Source: Octopus bimaculoides (Eukaryota). From it: DNA of 64,000 nucleotides. Numbering within the stretch: the stretch's first letter is position 1; each line of letters opens with the position of its first letter. The position numbers were made by a program, and so were the translations under genes. The notes beneath the pieces are model-generated. The model did not search any database. It saw only the letters and a program-made list of their open reading frames with translations, and was not told where the DNA came from. The DNA lies in assembly GCF_001194135.2 (NCBI RefSeq), contig NC_068982.1, positions 136,277,574 through 136,341,573 on the forward strand. The letters run 5' to 3'. This document shows, piece by piece, positions 38,844 through 53,794 of the stretch.

Positions 38844-40147
38844 CTTTCCTTAGCAAATATTGTATCCATACTGCATTTGATAGGTCACCAATCTTCAATA
38901 TTTGCTATACTTAGTTTCACATTGCCAGCACATTAATAAATGCCCAAGTGAAAAATGTAAACTCTATATGCTCATTTCTTCCAGAAATAGCAGGTAAAAT
39001 CATATTACACACCGACTTAAAACGGGACTTATTGGAGAGAGTGACCCTGAGATTCTTGCATATAGGGAGAATATGAAGATGGCTCCGGTTCATATGGGCG
39101 ATCTTGGGTTATACACTAACAACCATCAAACAGCTTACATTTTATTATTATACTATTCTGTGGTCTTATCATGATGAAGACAGACTTAGTAAAATATTTA
39201 AAACATACGAACAAATAGACAGGTACATATACATATATATCACAAGACATCATCATACACATATCTTTTAAATCCCATAGTACCTTGTTAGGACGATTAG
39301 ATATTATAGTCCATTATATCGCTTCAAAAATATAAATGGTCCCACAAGGAATACATTCGTTCATAGTTTTGATAGAATAGCAATGCCATTAAGAAACGAT
39401 TTACAAGAAATTGACCGTCTGTTCCTATGAATTTTTGAATAATTCACCAATTAAACTGATCCTTTAGAGAAAACGCTGGCTTGTTGAATTCATATATAAA
39501 TATGTATAAAAATACATATGTGTGTGTGTGTTTGCGTGCGTGCGTGCGTGTCTGTGTGTGCATCCGTGTATGTCTGCGTGCGTATGTACATACACATACA
39601 TACAAACACATTAGAAAAGAAAACGGTTAGATTCTTTTCGCTTAATCACATTACATCGCCATCTAGAAGACATCTCAAGTAATTCAACATTTTTATCACT
39701 GCACAGGAGGTTATGGCATCTAAAATACGTATCTCGAGTTGTATTTCATGGAAAAGTCTAGCAACAGTCTGGTATAACTTCCCTTCTCTAGCACACAACA
39801 CAGAGGGAAGCACATAAGGACCACTGTACTAAATCACCTTATTGCATGAACTGGGACCTAGCTTAGGTTTCTCAGCATATTTCCAATGCCTATAATATCA
39901 CCAGGAATTTTTTTTACATTTCAACTTCTCACCGGTAATTTTCCTACATCTCACCCTCTTTTCCTTCTTTTCCACTTTCTGTGTAACCCGGTGCATTTGT
40001 ATTACTTCTTCATCACGCTCTTCTCTGTTCTCTAACACGTTTTCAATTTTCTGTTTCAACCGATTGATATGTCCAAGTATTGGCTAGTGAAATTCGTAAA
40101 ACGTGTTAAATATATGAAATTTCATGAGAAACTGTCTAATATGTTTG

Positions 40148-40262
<115 letters not shown>

Positions 40263-40379
40263 ACACGTGCAGATTTGTATGTCTTGCTTTATGTATGTCT
40301 TGCTTTATGTATGTCTTCTCATTCATATACTTGCATATCTAGACATGCTCATATCTATTTAAATGATGAAATTCTGAAA

Positions 40380-40870
40380 AAGTTTATGGAGTTTTACAGT
40401 TCCAGTGATGGACTGGGTCTGTATTCTTCCAATTAGCTTTCTCTTTTCTGTTTTGAGAAGCCTAATTTCTCAAGATTGATATTAGGCAGTGGGTTACATA
40501 TCCCAGTTCCCCCATGATTACAGGTATAGTCCTGAACTTGTAATACGGATAGAGTAACTTCAGATTTCTCAGCATAGGTATTCCCTATTTTACTGATCTT
40601 CAGCTTTATGTTAACATGAGCTGGGCAGCTAATTTCAACAACTGTACACCTTTTCTCTTCTCTATTAGGTCTATCGTGCTTACGTTTTTATTGAGGTCTT
40701 CATTGCGATATTCCACCACCAAATGCTGTGGGTTCTCATTTCTCGGGGTTATCTTTTCGATGGATCTCCTTATACAGTGTCCTAGCTACAACACCATGTC
40801 ACATCGATATGATATTATCAGGCAACTGTTTATGATGTGGGCAATATCTTTGGTGTTACCTCCACAAAGT
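40380..40870 (-). mobile_element. R4-type LINE endonuclease fragment, same type as 52555-53440
   Basis: DIAHIINSC, WWWNIAMKTSIK, CTVVEISCPAHVNIKLKI, LRNLKLLYPYYKFRTIPVIMG across frameshifts. Confidence 0.72.
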
Positions 40871-40954
40871 TAGCATCGTGTTGGAGAATGCTGTTATCAT
40901 CGATTAATTGGTTGATTATTTTATGAAGTCGTTTGAGTGTGTGTGATTGTGTGT

Positions 40955-41155
40955 CTGTGTTTGTCCCCCCAACATCGCTTGACAACCGATGCTGGTGTGT
41001 TTATATCCCCGTAACATCGCGATTCGGCAAAAGAGACATATAGAATAAGTACTAGGCTTACAAAGAATAAGTTCTGGGGTCGATTTGCTCGACTAAAGGC
41101 GGTGCTACAGCATGGCCACAGTCAAAAGACTGAAACAAGTAAAAGAGAAAAGGAG
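40955..41155 (+). mobile_element. Family D SINE 3' half
   Basis: ccccaacatcgcttgacaaccgatgctgg..ggggtcgatttgctcgactaaaggcggtgc..gactgaaacaagtaaaagag. Confidence 0.9.
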
Positions 41156-42190
41156 TATATATATANNNNNNNNNNNNNNNNNNNNNNNNNNNNNNNNNNN
41201 NNNNNNNNNNNNNNNNNNNNNNNNNNNNNNNNNNNNNNNNNNNNNNNNNNNNNNNNNNNNNNNNNNNNNNNNNNNNNNNNNNNNNNNNNNNNNNNNNNNN
41301 NNNNNNNNNNNNNNNNNNNNNNNNNNNNNNNNNNNNNNNNNNNNNNNNNNNNNNNNNNNNNNNNNNNNNNATATATATATATATATATACAGATACACAT
41401 TTATAATATGTGTATGTATACGTACAATCATCCACCTGCATTTGCCGAATTCGCCGTAAGTCTTTAGGATATTGTATATTTGCTGTATCATAGAGTTTTA
41501 TCTGATACCAATGATATAAGAAGGCAGAATTGTATTGTACTCTTTCAACGGCTAATAAGTGTAACGCTACAGGTCATGTTGAAAGCATTGTTATGCAACC
41601 TTTTCATCTATATGCAACATGAGATCAATCTTTTACGAAAAGAGCACCGAACATCAAATCAAATTTCTTTCGCTGCTAACATCATATGGCTATCGATCTA
41701 CTCATTTAACGTTCAACGTTACAGAATTATATTCCCGTCGATTAATATCGTTCAAAGGGATGATGTTATCGATAATTTTGTTGAAATGCATTTGATACTT
41801 TTCGATGTTGTTTTTTGATGTATTTCATAATATTGATTCCATATATATATATATTTGCATTTAGCTTTCTTTGATGTTGTAACTTAAAAATATTACTACA
41901 CATTTTATTTATTGTTATTATTGTTATTTAGGTAACATTTTTTTTTGCTGTTTTTACTTTCACATATTTAAAAAGAAATGATATTTTAGGTATCATGGAA
42001 AGCTAATCAGTTTCTACTAAATTTCTAATCTTCTAACCTGCGTTTAGAGCAATATGCAGAAACAAATTGTGAGTAAATTATTTCCATATATGTACGTGTA
42101 CATATATTGTATGTATGCACGTATGTATATATGTATGTATGTATGTATGTATTCATGCGTGCATGTATGTTTGTATGCATGCATTGATGG

Positions 42191-42233
<43 letters not shown>

Positions 42234-42239
42234 CCACTA

Positions 42240-42320
42240 CACACATTTGTTTCTCTCCTTGTTTCTTTCAGTGTTCACTTTTGTGGAAGAGCGTAGGCTC
42301 GAAACATTACAGACTTTTTC
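42240..42320 (+). mobile_element. Fragment of the 14290-14500 repeat with a degenerate hammerhead motif (42277-42316)
   Basis: cttt-TGTGGA-A-GAGC GTAG GCTC-GAAAC-ATT-ACAGAC. Confidence 0.55.
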
Positions 42321-42326
42321 ATATAC

Positions 42327-42387
42327 ATAGGCGTAGGAGTGGCTGTGAGGTAAGTAGCTTGCTTCTTACGAACCGCATGGTTCCTTG
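42327..42387 (+). mobile_element. Family D SINE head, cut by a gap
   Basis: aggcgtaggagtggctgtgaggtaagtagcttgctt. Confidence 0.85.
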
Positions 42388-42669
42388 NNNNNNNNNNNNN
42401 NNNNNNNNNNNNNNNNNNNNNNNNNNNNNNNNNNNNNNNNNNNNNNNNNNNNNNNNNNNNNNNNNNNNNNNNNNNNNNNNNNNNNNNNNNNNNNNNNNNN
42501 NNNNNNNNNNNNNNNNNNNNNNNNNNNNNNNNNNNNNNNNNNNNNNNNNNNNNNNNNNNNNNNNNNNNNNNNNNNNNNNNNNNNNNNNNNNNNNNNNNNN
42601 NNNNNNTACGCATCCATACATATACATACGCACACACATATATGTGGTAGCATTAGACTGACTACGGTG

Positions 42670-42960
42670 TATAACCATCTCCACTGACTTCTCCACTATG
42701 AAGGTTCTCTTGGTGAGACTTCAACCCTTTGCATATCATATCGGTGACTGAAACCTGCGAAAGTGAAAGTGTCAAAAGACGATTGAATCGCACCTGTTCT
42801 TCTCTTAACAATATATCTGTTTCGTTGTGATTGATGCGATCGACCACCAGATTGCTTCATCGATGAGTCTGTTGGGTCTGGAATCGTCTTGTGATTGCAA
42901 AGATGCACTGGGTATGTGCTATCAAAACATCTTGACACCAAAGCTCAGTGCAGCAAGAAT
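42670..42960 (-). mobile_element. Degenerate RTE-clade LINE RT fragment
   Basis: Collinear LCNHK, LVVDRIN..ILLREEQVRF and TFIVEKSVEM resemble RTE motifs (xCxNYRG, LREEQAGFR, RIIVEQSIEW). Confidence 0.5.
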
Positions 42961-44304
42961 ACCACCTCCAGAATGTTTCAAACCCTGAAACGGGTAACAA
43001 GGCATAATAATAAACCAGATGAGATAAACAGATGTTAAACACACTAATGGCTTCATGCAAGAGTATAAACATATATGGTCATGCGGTAAACTAACACGCA
43101 CATAACACATGTATATACAAACGGTATGGGTCGATTCTCGAGGTTTTGTCTGCAACTTGATCAAACACCTTTCTCACAAAAATAACCCCTGCCTTCATAT
43201 GCGTGCACATAGTTATATGGTGTATAAAGTGTATATAAAACAATGCACTTACATAAACACATATAAGTATAACACTATATATACAGACATTAAGACATAT
43301 ATGCATATATGCATGTGTGTGCTTGTGCATACTTTTACACCCGTATAGTTTTGTCGTATGCTTATATTATTTGCATATAATTGTGGCAAATTGTATACAC
43401 ATACACTCGAAATATTATTGTACAGAATGTCATACATCTAGGAACCCTTGAATGCGTCATCGCAAAAATTTTTAAAAAAAGACAAAAAAAGTATGGAAAT
43501 AATGATGTCGCTCACCTCAATAAAAATAGGTTTGTTGTAGGAAACAATTACACGTAGATATAATATATATCAGAAAATGTTTCAGTGGTAGTAGAAAGCT
43601 ATATGTAAAATCACAAATAGGAAAAAACAATTTGGAATTGCATTATAACAATGCTACTAAGAAATGTTTCTCTGTACCCGTATTGAATAATAACTATGAC
43701 ATTGGATTGAAGCAGGGCAAGAGGCAGTCTAATTATATGTCACGTCAACGTAAAGCAGCATTATTTCACCTTAATCATAGAGTCGATATCCACTAGCAAT
43801 GACTCTTTGTGTTAAGCGCTGTACTACTATGTCTAATTATCTTAGCTATGGTGTTGACCTATCGATTAACTTGATATATGAAGTCAGAAGTATAACGTAG
43901 GTTTCAAAACAGCCATAATTTTGGTTATTCAAAATAGCGGCTAATATACTCATTTGAGATATCTTCTCATGTTGACTTAATTTAAATGATTTGATGTTCA
44001 TAAACCGTTCAGACGGTCGGTTATCGTTTCAAGTTCAGCGCTTCCTGTAGCACAAACTATATATGAATCATCTGATGGAAAAATCAACTTGGAATTATAA
44101 GAGTTAACCCTATATAATTTTAGATGTAAGAGGAAATATGATAAACACATTTTTTATATATATATAATTTGTTCTCTACGCACGTTATTACTATTGTGTA
44201 TATTTTCATCCTCTACATGTGATGTTCCTAGTACAATTGGATAATGAAACACAAAATGTCGTTTGGGAACCACATTTTTAGGAAACACATTATTGTGTTA
44301 TGTT

Positions 44305-44705
44305 ACTCTCTCTTTTACTCTTTTACTTGTTTCAGTCATCTGACTGCGGCCATGCTGGGACAAATCGCCCCCAGGACTTATTCTTTGTAAGCCTAATACT
44401 TATTCTATCGGTCTCTTAGGCCGAACCACTAAGTTATGTGGACGTAAAGACACCAGCATCGGTTTCCAAGTGATGGTGGGGGGGGGGGCAAACACAGACA
44501 CACAAACATATACACACACATACATATATATATATACATATATACGACGAGCTTCTTTCAGTTTCCGTCTACCAAATCCACTCAGAAGTATTTGGTCGGC
44601 CCGAGGCTATAGTAGAAGACACTTGCCCAAGGTGCCACACGGTGGGACTGTACCCGGAACCATGTGGTTGGTGGGCAAGCACTTACCACGCAGCCACTGC
44701 CGTTA
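44305..44705 (-). mobile_element. Family D SINE
   Basis: Homologous to 45623-46036. Confidence 0.92.
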
Positions 44706-45622
44706 CGGAAATTAAATGCCTCTAACTGTACACACAGTTTATACTATAATTTAGATGCGCATTTTATATTCGTATTCCGTTCAAGACCATTGCGGAATGG
44801 CCAGTCAATGATGTGCGCCCTTGTTCTCTACTGAGAGAACATAGATCACTATATTCATAGTAAAATGTTCGCGTATCGAGTAGCTTTCTTAATCAAAGGA
44901 ACTTTATAACTTGAATTAATGAATTAAGATATATTATCCGAATAACCGCGAACCTGTCTTTCAACCATATTAACACATATTTTGTCACGACAGAAGTTAC
45001 TTAGGTACAGCTTGGAGTATACATGAGTATGTGTATTTAAAATACTAAGAAATTTAAAGTCGCGTTAGCTGTTCTCGTTTAGAACATCCCTAATTTGAGC
45101 CAAACTACGAAAATCTGTTCGTGACAATACGTTCTTTTTGGAGGACACGTAAAATTGTATTGTGTAATGCGTTCTGTGTAAATTCTAAGATTGAAGATTC
45201 CCTTCTGATAGCTTTTGCTTCTTTTACTTTTCCAACAGAGAAGTTGTCACAGATTTTAGAGGATTACTATAAAATATTCAATCTTATCCACATCAGTTAA
45301 CTTGCTCGTCATTATATTCTATTTCTGGAATTGCAATAACTGTTATTCTAATTAGCTAGCGCTAATTACGAGTATTTTCAGCAATCTCATAATAACAGTA
45401 GCGAGTATTACAGTGAAATGTTTAACTTATACAAAACGTTCTGAAAGAACAACTTTGTTCATGATTATGCACCAAAAACAACAGTTTTAATCCGTTCCAC
45501 AACGGATTAATTATCTTGTACCATCCTACTACTAAATCGGTATCGTTCTCCGAATAAATCTAAAGATATTTCAATTATGATTGACAATCGATTGTCAAAC
45601 ATAATCACACGCACATACATAT

Positions 45623-46036
45623 ACTCTTTTACTCTTTTACTTGTTTCAGTATTTTTGACTGTGGCCATGCTGGAGCACCGCCTTTAGTCAAGCAAATCGA
45701 CCCCAGGACTTATTCTTTGGAAACCTAGTACTTATTCTATCAGTCTCTTTTGCCGAACCGCTAAGTTACGGGGACGTAAACACTCCAGCATCGATTGTCA
45801 AGCGATGTTGGGGGGACAACCACAGACACACAAACACATACACACATACATATACATACATATACATATATACGACGGGCTTCTTTCAGTTTCCGTCTAC
45901 CAAATCCACTCACAAGGCTTTGGTCGGCCCGAAGCTATAGTAGAAAACACTTGCCCAAGATGCCACGCAGTGGGACTGAACCCGGAACCATGTGGTTGGT
46001 AAGCAATCTATTTGCCACACAGCCACTCCTACGCCT
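45623..46036 (-). mobile_element. Family D SINE, full length
   Basis: Head aggcgtaggagtggctgtg, B-box-like ggttcagtccc, internal TA/CA microsatellite, tail (AAAAGAGT)n. Confidence 0.95.
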
Positions 46037-46819
46037 ATCCATATAATGTAATGTTCGTTTGTTGATAGGATAAGCAAGAAAGCACACAACGAGCTGAAAA
46101 TATTAAGTGATGGAATCAAGTGTTATAACGGAGCTGGTTCAACTTTTATTCATGAAAATTGCAATACTTGGAGGCGTAACATACACAATTTGACACTTAG
46201 GGGTTTGAACCCGAAAATGTCTCAAAGATATTCCTGAATTAAAGCGCACCTTTTGAAAAGTAACTTGTTATTCATATTGGTGCAAAATTTAATGATAACA
46301 ACAAAATTATTTTACTGTTATATTTAATAAATATTGTTGCGTACAGTTATTAAATTTTAGGCGGTGATATAATATTCAAGTACAATGTCTTTCAAGCTAC
46401 GCCACCAAATAATTAATTCTGCTCAACGCCTCATGTATAATATAAATTGAATAAAGGTAGGAGATGGGGCTTTACTATTGTGTCTGTACTAATGTTGAGT
46501 AGGACCCGAAAGCACTCTCATTCTCATTCTCATTCTCCATTCTTATGTCTCTATGTATCCTACTATATGTATGTGTGTATCGACATACATACACAAACAG
46601 ACGCGGACATACACATACGCACACACATATATACATATATATGTTTGTGTGTGTGTTTGCGTACGTGCGAATGTGTGAGTGAGTGTTTGTGTGCGCGTGT
46701 GTTTGGGTACCTGTATGCGTTAGAGTGCGTGGGTGAGCGTGCGTGTCGTACAGAGAGAAAATAATAGTATCTTCTTAAATTATTATCTTAACTGTTACGT
46801 ATCATTCGTTTAATAAATA

Positions 46820-47249
<430 letters not shown>

Positions 47250-47251
<2 letters not shown>

Positions 47252-48400
47252 TGCTTTTACACAGCTCCTAACGCTGGAGATGTACTACAGTGTCAGCTGT
47301 TCACTATCAGTGAACTAAGGTGACACCTCATATTTTTCGGGCACCCTCCGGAGTATTCGAACGGTTCCAAGCAGTGCTGTTTTCTGCAAGTGCTCCATCC
47401 TTATTGCAGCCCCTATTTGTTCCACTTACTTCTCGAGATTTCTGCTCAATGTACTCCGGGCTCCGACAATTATTGGTGCTACTGCTCCCTTTTTCATCGA
47501 CCACAACTGCTTAACTTCCCAAGCTAACCTGTCATTTCTCTCGACTTTTCTTTCTTCCTTATCGCATACCTTGTTGTCAGCTGCTGATGCTATATCTTTG
47601 ATCGAGCATAGCTTGTTTTCTTTCTCAATTTAGACTATGTCCGGTTTTCTATTTGCTCTGTCAAGTCCAATACACAGGCCTGGCTATATTGTCGTGGAGT
47701 CTCTTAAATTCCTTGTGGGCTAGTGGCGTACATTGCTTGGTAATATGCCATACGGTTTCAACATTTTGTCAACAGATTCTGCACTTATCACTTTCTGCAG
47801 TATTGTCTATCCTGTACATTTTATGTAATTTCTTCTTAGTGCTTGCTCTTAGGCAGCAGAGATTAGACCCTCCGATTCTGGTTTTAAATCACTTTTAGTC
47901 ATCCACAACTGTATATTTTCTCTGTCTGTCTTATCTTCAACATCCCTATGAAATTGTCCATGCATTCTTTTCTTTACCCACTTATTTTCAGTTTCATTCG
48001 TTTCAATTCCTTGTATAGTGCTTTATCTTTGCAATTGTTCATCCTACACAAGCCTGGCCTTCTTACTTCTAATAATATCGGTTCTGTGGGATTTTTTACA
48101 TACCATGCTATGCTGTTTTCTTCTCCTCTAAAACTGTGTTCGCATCCAATAAGTCCACTTCCCCTCCCTTTCTTGGTACATACAGCCTGTCCGTGTCACG
48201 TTTTGGGTGGAGTGACCCATATCTAGTTAGCAACTTCCTTGTGTTTCTGTCTAAGCTGTTTAGTTTGTCTACTGTCCATGCGTTTACTCCTGCTCCATTT
48301 CTAAGAAATGAAACCGCTCAGGTGTTGATAACTTCGATCTTATTCAGTCCATTTAATTTCGACTTAAGATTCAGCCTCAGTTAGCTAGTTTATTAGAGTT
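47250..48400 (-). mobile_element. R4/Dong-type LINE 3' portion ending in (TAA)n
   Basis: KSKLNGLNKIEVINT; SLHPKRDTDRLYVPRKGGGSGL; CRICxQNVETVWHITKQC; NRKPDIV; LQKTALLGTVRILRRV; the 3' end abuts the TAA array. Confidence 0.9.
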
Positions 48401-50315
48401 CATTGCTGTATCCAAGTCTTTATTTAGGTTATTTTTCTTCCATATTTTATATGTATATGTTGTTGTGTTTTCGTTCTTTGGGTAGAGCACTGCTGTAAAA
48501 TAAGAATGTAGGATTGAAGTATATTCCAACGTGTCCTTTTATGCATTTTTGGCTTTATTTGCGGGACATGACGAACAACGTCCGTCCTTTATCTTGACGG
48601 TCATCATTTTCGTATGGTACCGGGGCGTTCATTTGTGTTGTTAAAATATTTTGCACGTGTAGGTTTTCGTACTTTTTGTGTAACAAGGTTAAAGTACGCA
48701 CTTCTCGATTGTTATTCTTGGATTTGATCTTCTTCTTCTTCTTCTTCTTCTTCTTCTTCTTCTTCTTCTNNNNNNNNNNNNNNNNNNNNNNNNNNNNNNN
48801 NNNNNNNNNNNNNNNNNNNNNNNNNNNNNNNNNNNNNNNNNNNNNNNNNNNNNNNNNNNNNNNNNNNNNNNNNNNNNNNNNNNNNNNNNNNNNNNNNNNN
48901 NNNNNNNNNNNNNNNNNNNNNNNNNNNNNNNNNNNNNNNNNNNNNNNNNNNNNNNNNNNNNNNNNNNNNNNNNNNNNNNNNNNNNNNNNNNNNNNNNNNN
49001 NNNNNNNNNNNNNNNNNNNNNNNNNNNNNNNNNNNNNNNNNNNNNNNNNNNNNNNNNNNNNNNNNNNNNNNNNNNNNNNNNNNNNNNNNNNNNNNNNNNN
49101 NNNNNNNNNNNNNNNNNNNNNNNNNNNNNNNNNNNNGAATATGGAATATATAATATATAATATATAAATAGATGGTAAAATGAAATGAAGTATTGAATGT
49201 CTTATTGAATATTTGAAATATGTCTTATTGAATATATTAAATATTGAGTATTCAATATAGAGAATTAGATATATGAAGGCGTTTCTCTTTCTGGTATCTC
49301 CTGCTCATTAGTATTGATATCAATGTTATACCATGACAGGGTATTGTTGGATGATAAACACACAATATTTAGGATATTTTATTCCAAGAAACAGTCAAAA
49401 CTATGTCCTTTTTGAGTTATTTTAAAGCTGCTAATTTTCATGAAGATATCTTTTAAAGCTATTAAAGGTTCTCTTTCTTTGTTTTTACGTTTTTTTAGCC
49501 TTCGCTTCTCTAATTTCTCAACTCTTCATCAGTTGCCATTAAATAAATATCTAGACTACTATCATTGTTCAGACATACAAGAACTCTATTTGAAGGATTG
49601 GTTTTCATGGCAAGTAATCTTTCTTTTGTTTGACGCATCAATGAACCAATTTTGACACATTTGATTGGATAAATAAATTCCTCTTCTCGCTGACTTTCAG
49701 TTGAATTTGTTTGGTCTGTTTTCACTTCAATTCGAGCTTTTCTCAATGGAGCTTCTTAGTCATCTTGTTTGTTAGAATTTTTATATTATATATTATATAT
49801 TCCATATTCTATATCCCACATTAATTTTACAAGACTATAAATAAAACATAAAAAACATATATGTACTCATATATGCTTGTATACATACAAGCATATATGG
49901 GTACAGGACATCACACAAAAAAACGTTAAACACAATGAGAAACGAAAACATAAAGACGAAGACAGAAAACGAAATTTTTTTCGAACAACGAAAAAAACAG
50001 AGAAATGAGACATGCAAGAAGACCTGAGAATTGAAATCGCTAAGATGTAGCATCTACGAGAGTCAAACATAAAAGTTGTCCCGTCATCGTCGGAGCACTG
50101 GGTTCAATACCATTCATCCTGAGAAAACATCTGGATACTTTAGAAATATCATACAATCTAGGTGTATTGAAAACCTTGGCACTACTTGGAACTGCACACA
50201 TATTGCGGAAAGTACTGTTTGAGTTCCTTGTTGTGACTTGACAGGCAGTACAAACCCCCGGTAGACATAATATCTTCAGTCAACAACATCACGATATTGG
50301 ATACTGTGCGTCGCC

Positions 50316-50755
<440 letters not shown>

Positions 50756-50948
50756 TAGGATGACGATGTTGAAAATATTATAAGTAGATTATGTTACTAT
50801 GTCTCTAGATTGTTTTCTAATTGCGAGGAACTTGGAAATATCTTTAATGATGTATAATGGACTTCGGACAGTGTTATGGTCTCATTATAACTATAGGCAT
50901 AAATAATGTTTTCGGTGATTGAAACCATAACAACGTCAGGTATGCCTT

Positions 50949-51006
50949 ATTAGTCTTCAAAGTTATTTACTATTATGATGCAATCTCTAGCTGACGCGAT
51001 CTCTGT

Positions 51007-51061
<55 letters not shown>

Positions 51062-51062
51062 G

Positions 51063-51101
<39 letters not shown>

Positions 51102-51140
51102 GAGATTGCGTCATAATAGCAAATAACTTCGAAGACTAAT
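50949..51140. repeat. 41-bp inverted repeat enclosing a (TA)n(TG)n loop
   Basis: The reverse complement of 50949-50989 versus 51100-51140 matches 38/41; all mismatches are transitions. Confidence 0.9.
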
Positions 51141-51686
51141 GACTTTCGCCTGACATTTTTATGTGTCACCCGTTGAAACGCTGTTCATCCCGACGAAGTC
51201 GTCATTGCTTCAGATGCGCATAACGTGCCTCGAGGCAACGGCAATGTACTCTCGAAATGGCCATGGATGTTGGATGTTAAATTGTAATGATTCGCGGCTG
51301 TATTGACTTTTACATTTTTTATACAATTTTCATTGTTGGGTATAATTTTAATTTATATTCTTTTCTCTTTAAATTTTTAGTCGATTAACTTAGTGTAATA
51401 ATCTATTTTAGATAATTTTTAGTCGGTTTTTATATACGTTTTCTGGGCAGGTCCAGTGTATTTTATACATTTTTATATATGATTTTTACCTGGCATTTGG
51501 TTTTTCGACATTGGAAAGCCATAGTATGATTTATATGTAATAAATGGTAGAAACGTGGATATATACAGTTCGTTAACTTGAATTTAATGTTTGTTCTTAA
51601 ATTATATTACTGATTTGTGTCTCTGTCCCAATATCATTTGAGCACTTCTCTCCTGCAGTTCTATGTATATTCGTCTGTTTTAATCG

Positions 51687-51751
<65 letters not shown>

Positions 51752-52155
51752 TGTCTGTATGTATGTATATATGCATTATAGTTATAAGCATAACAATTAT
51801 TATTAATTTTAATGAAACATGTATATAACGTAACTGAATAATTCACGGAATGACGTTCATATTTTGTTTTCCAAAATACATTCTGTGATGTTTATGACTG
51901 AAAGCTTGTGAAATGAAACTTAATTACAACGAGCTATTTTGTCGCTGCATTTTCAGTTGAAGTGTAATAATGCACTTGGATTTCTAAATACTAGTTATAC
52001 ATCATACAATTAAAAATTTTAATTGGAGTATTTAATTATATAATGTCTATAAATGTAATCTGTTCTCACACTCGTACATACGTTTGTATGTATGTATGTA
52101 TCTATGTAAGTATGTATGTACGCATGTATGCATGCTTCTATGTATGTATGAAGGC

Positions 52156-52211
<56 letters not shown>

Positions 52212-52554
52212 ATGTGTGTTTGTGTGTATACGTGGGTACATGCGCGTGTGTGTGTGCACGTGTGTACATGTGTATGTGTTTGTGTGCAAGCATGTGTTTG
52301 TGTGTCGTGTGTCCGTGTGTGTCATGTGTTCGCGTGTGTCTGTGTGTGTATGTATCCGGAATATGCCACTCATAGATCAGGCAAAATCGTTGTTCAAATC
52401 TGCCAAAAGAAAAATGGCAGAAAACATTATGTGCATAAAGCATCATTATTTTATTAGTATCAAGTGATACCTTACATGTGGTAGTAATGACATTAATACA
52501 CATACATACATACATACATACATACATACATACATACATGCAAACATATATACA

Positions 52555-53440
52555 ATGTCCTACCTGACGGTAGCAAGCTCCCCAGGAAGAACTACTTTGC
52601 TGATGATCTCCGATACAACCCCAAATCAACCGTATTAACATACTTCAAAGAAGACCTGGATGCGAAACTCTCAGCATACCATAAAAAGGCTATGCATTGG
52701 TATGCTTCTAGAAGACTTAATGAACATAGAAATATCGACACGAAGCGAAACTTATATTGGACTCGTGACCGCTACTTCCCATCGCACTTCGAGGGTTACG
52801 CATTTTCAATTCAAGTACTGGAGATTGCTACTAAATACCTAATAAACAAAAGTGACAGTGACGATCTTGTAGATCCAAGATGCAACCAAAACTGAAGATT
52901 ATGTAATATTTCTGTTGAAGACACCACGCGTGATTATCAGCTGCTCAAGTATTTAATCAAGGTACTACATCCGTACGCGACACGACGGTGTCAAAACAAA
53001 AACAAAAACTATACAATGCCATTAGGCAAAAACACTGTCCTGGAATAAATATAGAGAATCCCCCTGTTATTGAATATATACTATCATCAACACAAGAAAA
53101 CTAAGCCGGGTATTGTTGTTTGGGGCAGATAAGAAAATGCATAGACCGTAATAGAGGTCAGCCGCCAGGCTGATGTGAATATCTGCTTGAAAATCAAAAA
53201 CAAAGAGGATTACTAGGAACAACTGTTTCGAGACCTCCTGCTTCTATATCATGATTATAAATTCATATCTATACCAAAAATGAGTGCGCTTCGTTTTGCA
53301 AATAAATATCTAAGTGGCAATCTGGCTAAGCTATGGTTTTAAGATATAGGGAAATCAACCAACAAACTCGCACATTACAAATGGAGTCTGTAAGTAAAAG
53401 AGTAAAAATATGCAAGACTTTCTGAGTTTAAAATGTGACA
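52555..53440 (+). mobile_element. R4-type LINE 3' fragment (post-RT region, CCHC knuckle, restriction-like endonuclease)
   Basis: MHWYASRRL..SHFEGYAFSIQ..EIATKYLINK; RLCNISVED; RHDGV; KPGIVVW; VIEVSRQADVNICLKI; KICKTF. Confidence 0.85.
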
Positions 53441-53558
53441 ATGTCTTTGTTACATTCCAGCGATGCATCTTTGTATCTTTGTTACAAACTTGCCCCAAAC
53501 CGAGAGGAAGACGTTAAATAATTAAACTCAGAACAGAACCTATACATATATATCTATA

Positions 53559-53594
<36 letters not shown>

Positions 53595-53595
53595 C

Positions 53596-53644
<49 letters not shown>

Positions 53645-53645
<1 letters not shown>

Positions 53646-53790
53646 TGGGTTGTATGGAAAGTTCGTGCCGATTTATAGTAGCTTACTTTTCGAATTATTT
53701 GCCAAGAAACCACCTCAATTCTGGGAAGAGTGTATTTTTAAGTTAAAGGAAAGATGGAGACGCATTGCATTGTGCAACAAAATGGTTCAT
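53645..53790 (+). mobile_element. Internally deleted mariner fragment (TIR-like end fused to transposase C-terminus)
   Basis: ta-ttgggttgtatggaaagttcgtgccgattt at the end of a (CTAT)n array, then FAKKPPQFWEECIFKLKERWRRI; no right TIR seen. Confidence 0.8.
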
Positions 53791-53794
53791 ATGT

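Noticed and set aside
42868-42990. Plus-strand CDCKDALGM, reminiscent of a discoidin (F5/8C) domain start
   Set aside because: The frame is bounded by stops and lacks downstream discoidin motifs; the opposite strand is better explained as an RTE fragment.
45210-45305. Strong polypyrimidine acceptor-like site (also at 58445-58461)
   Set aside because: All downstream frames close within about 20 codons and no donor or coherent gene model was found.
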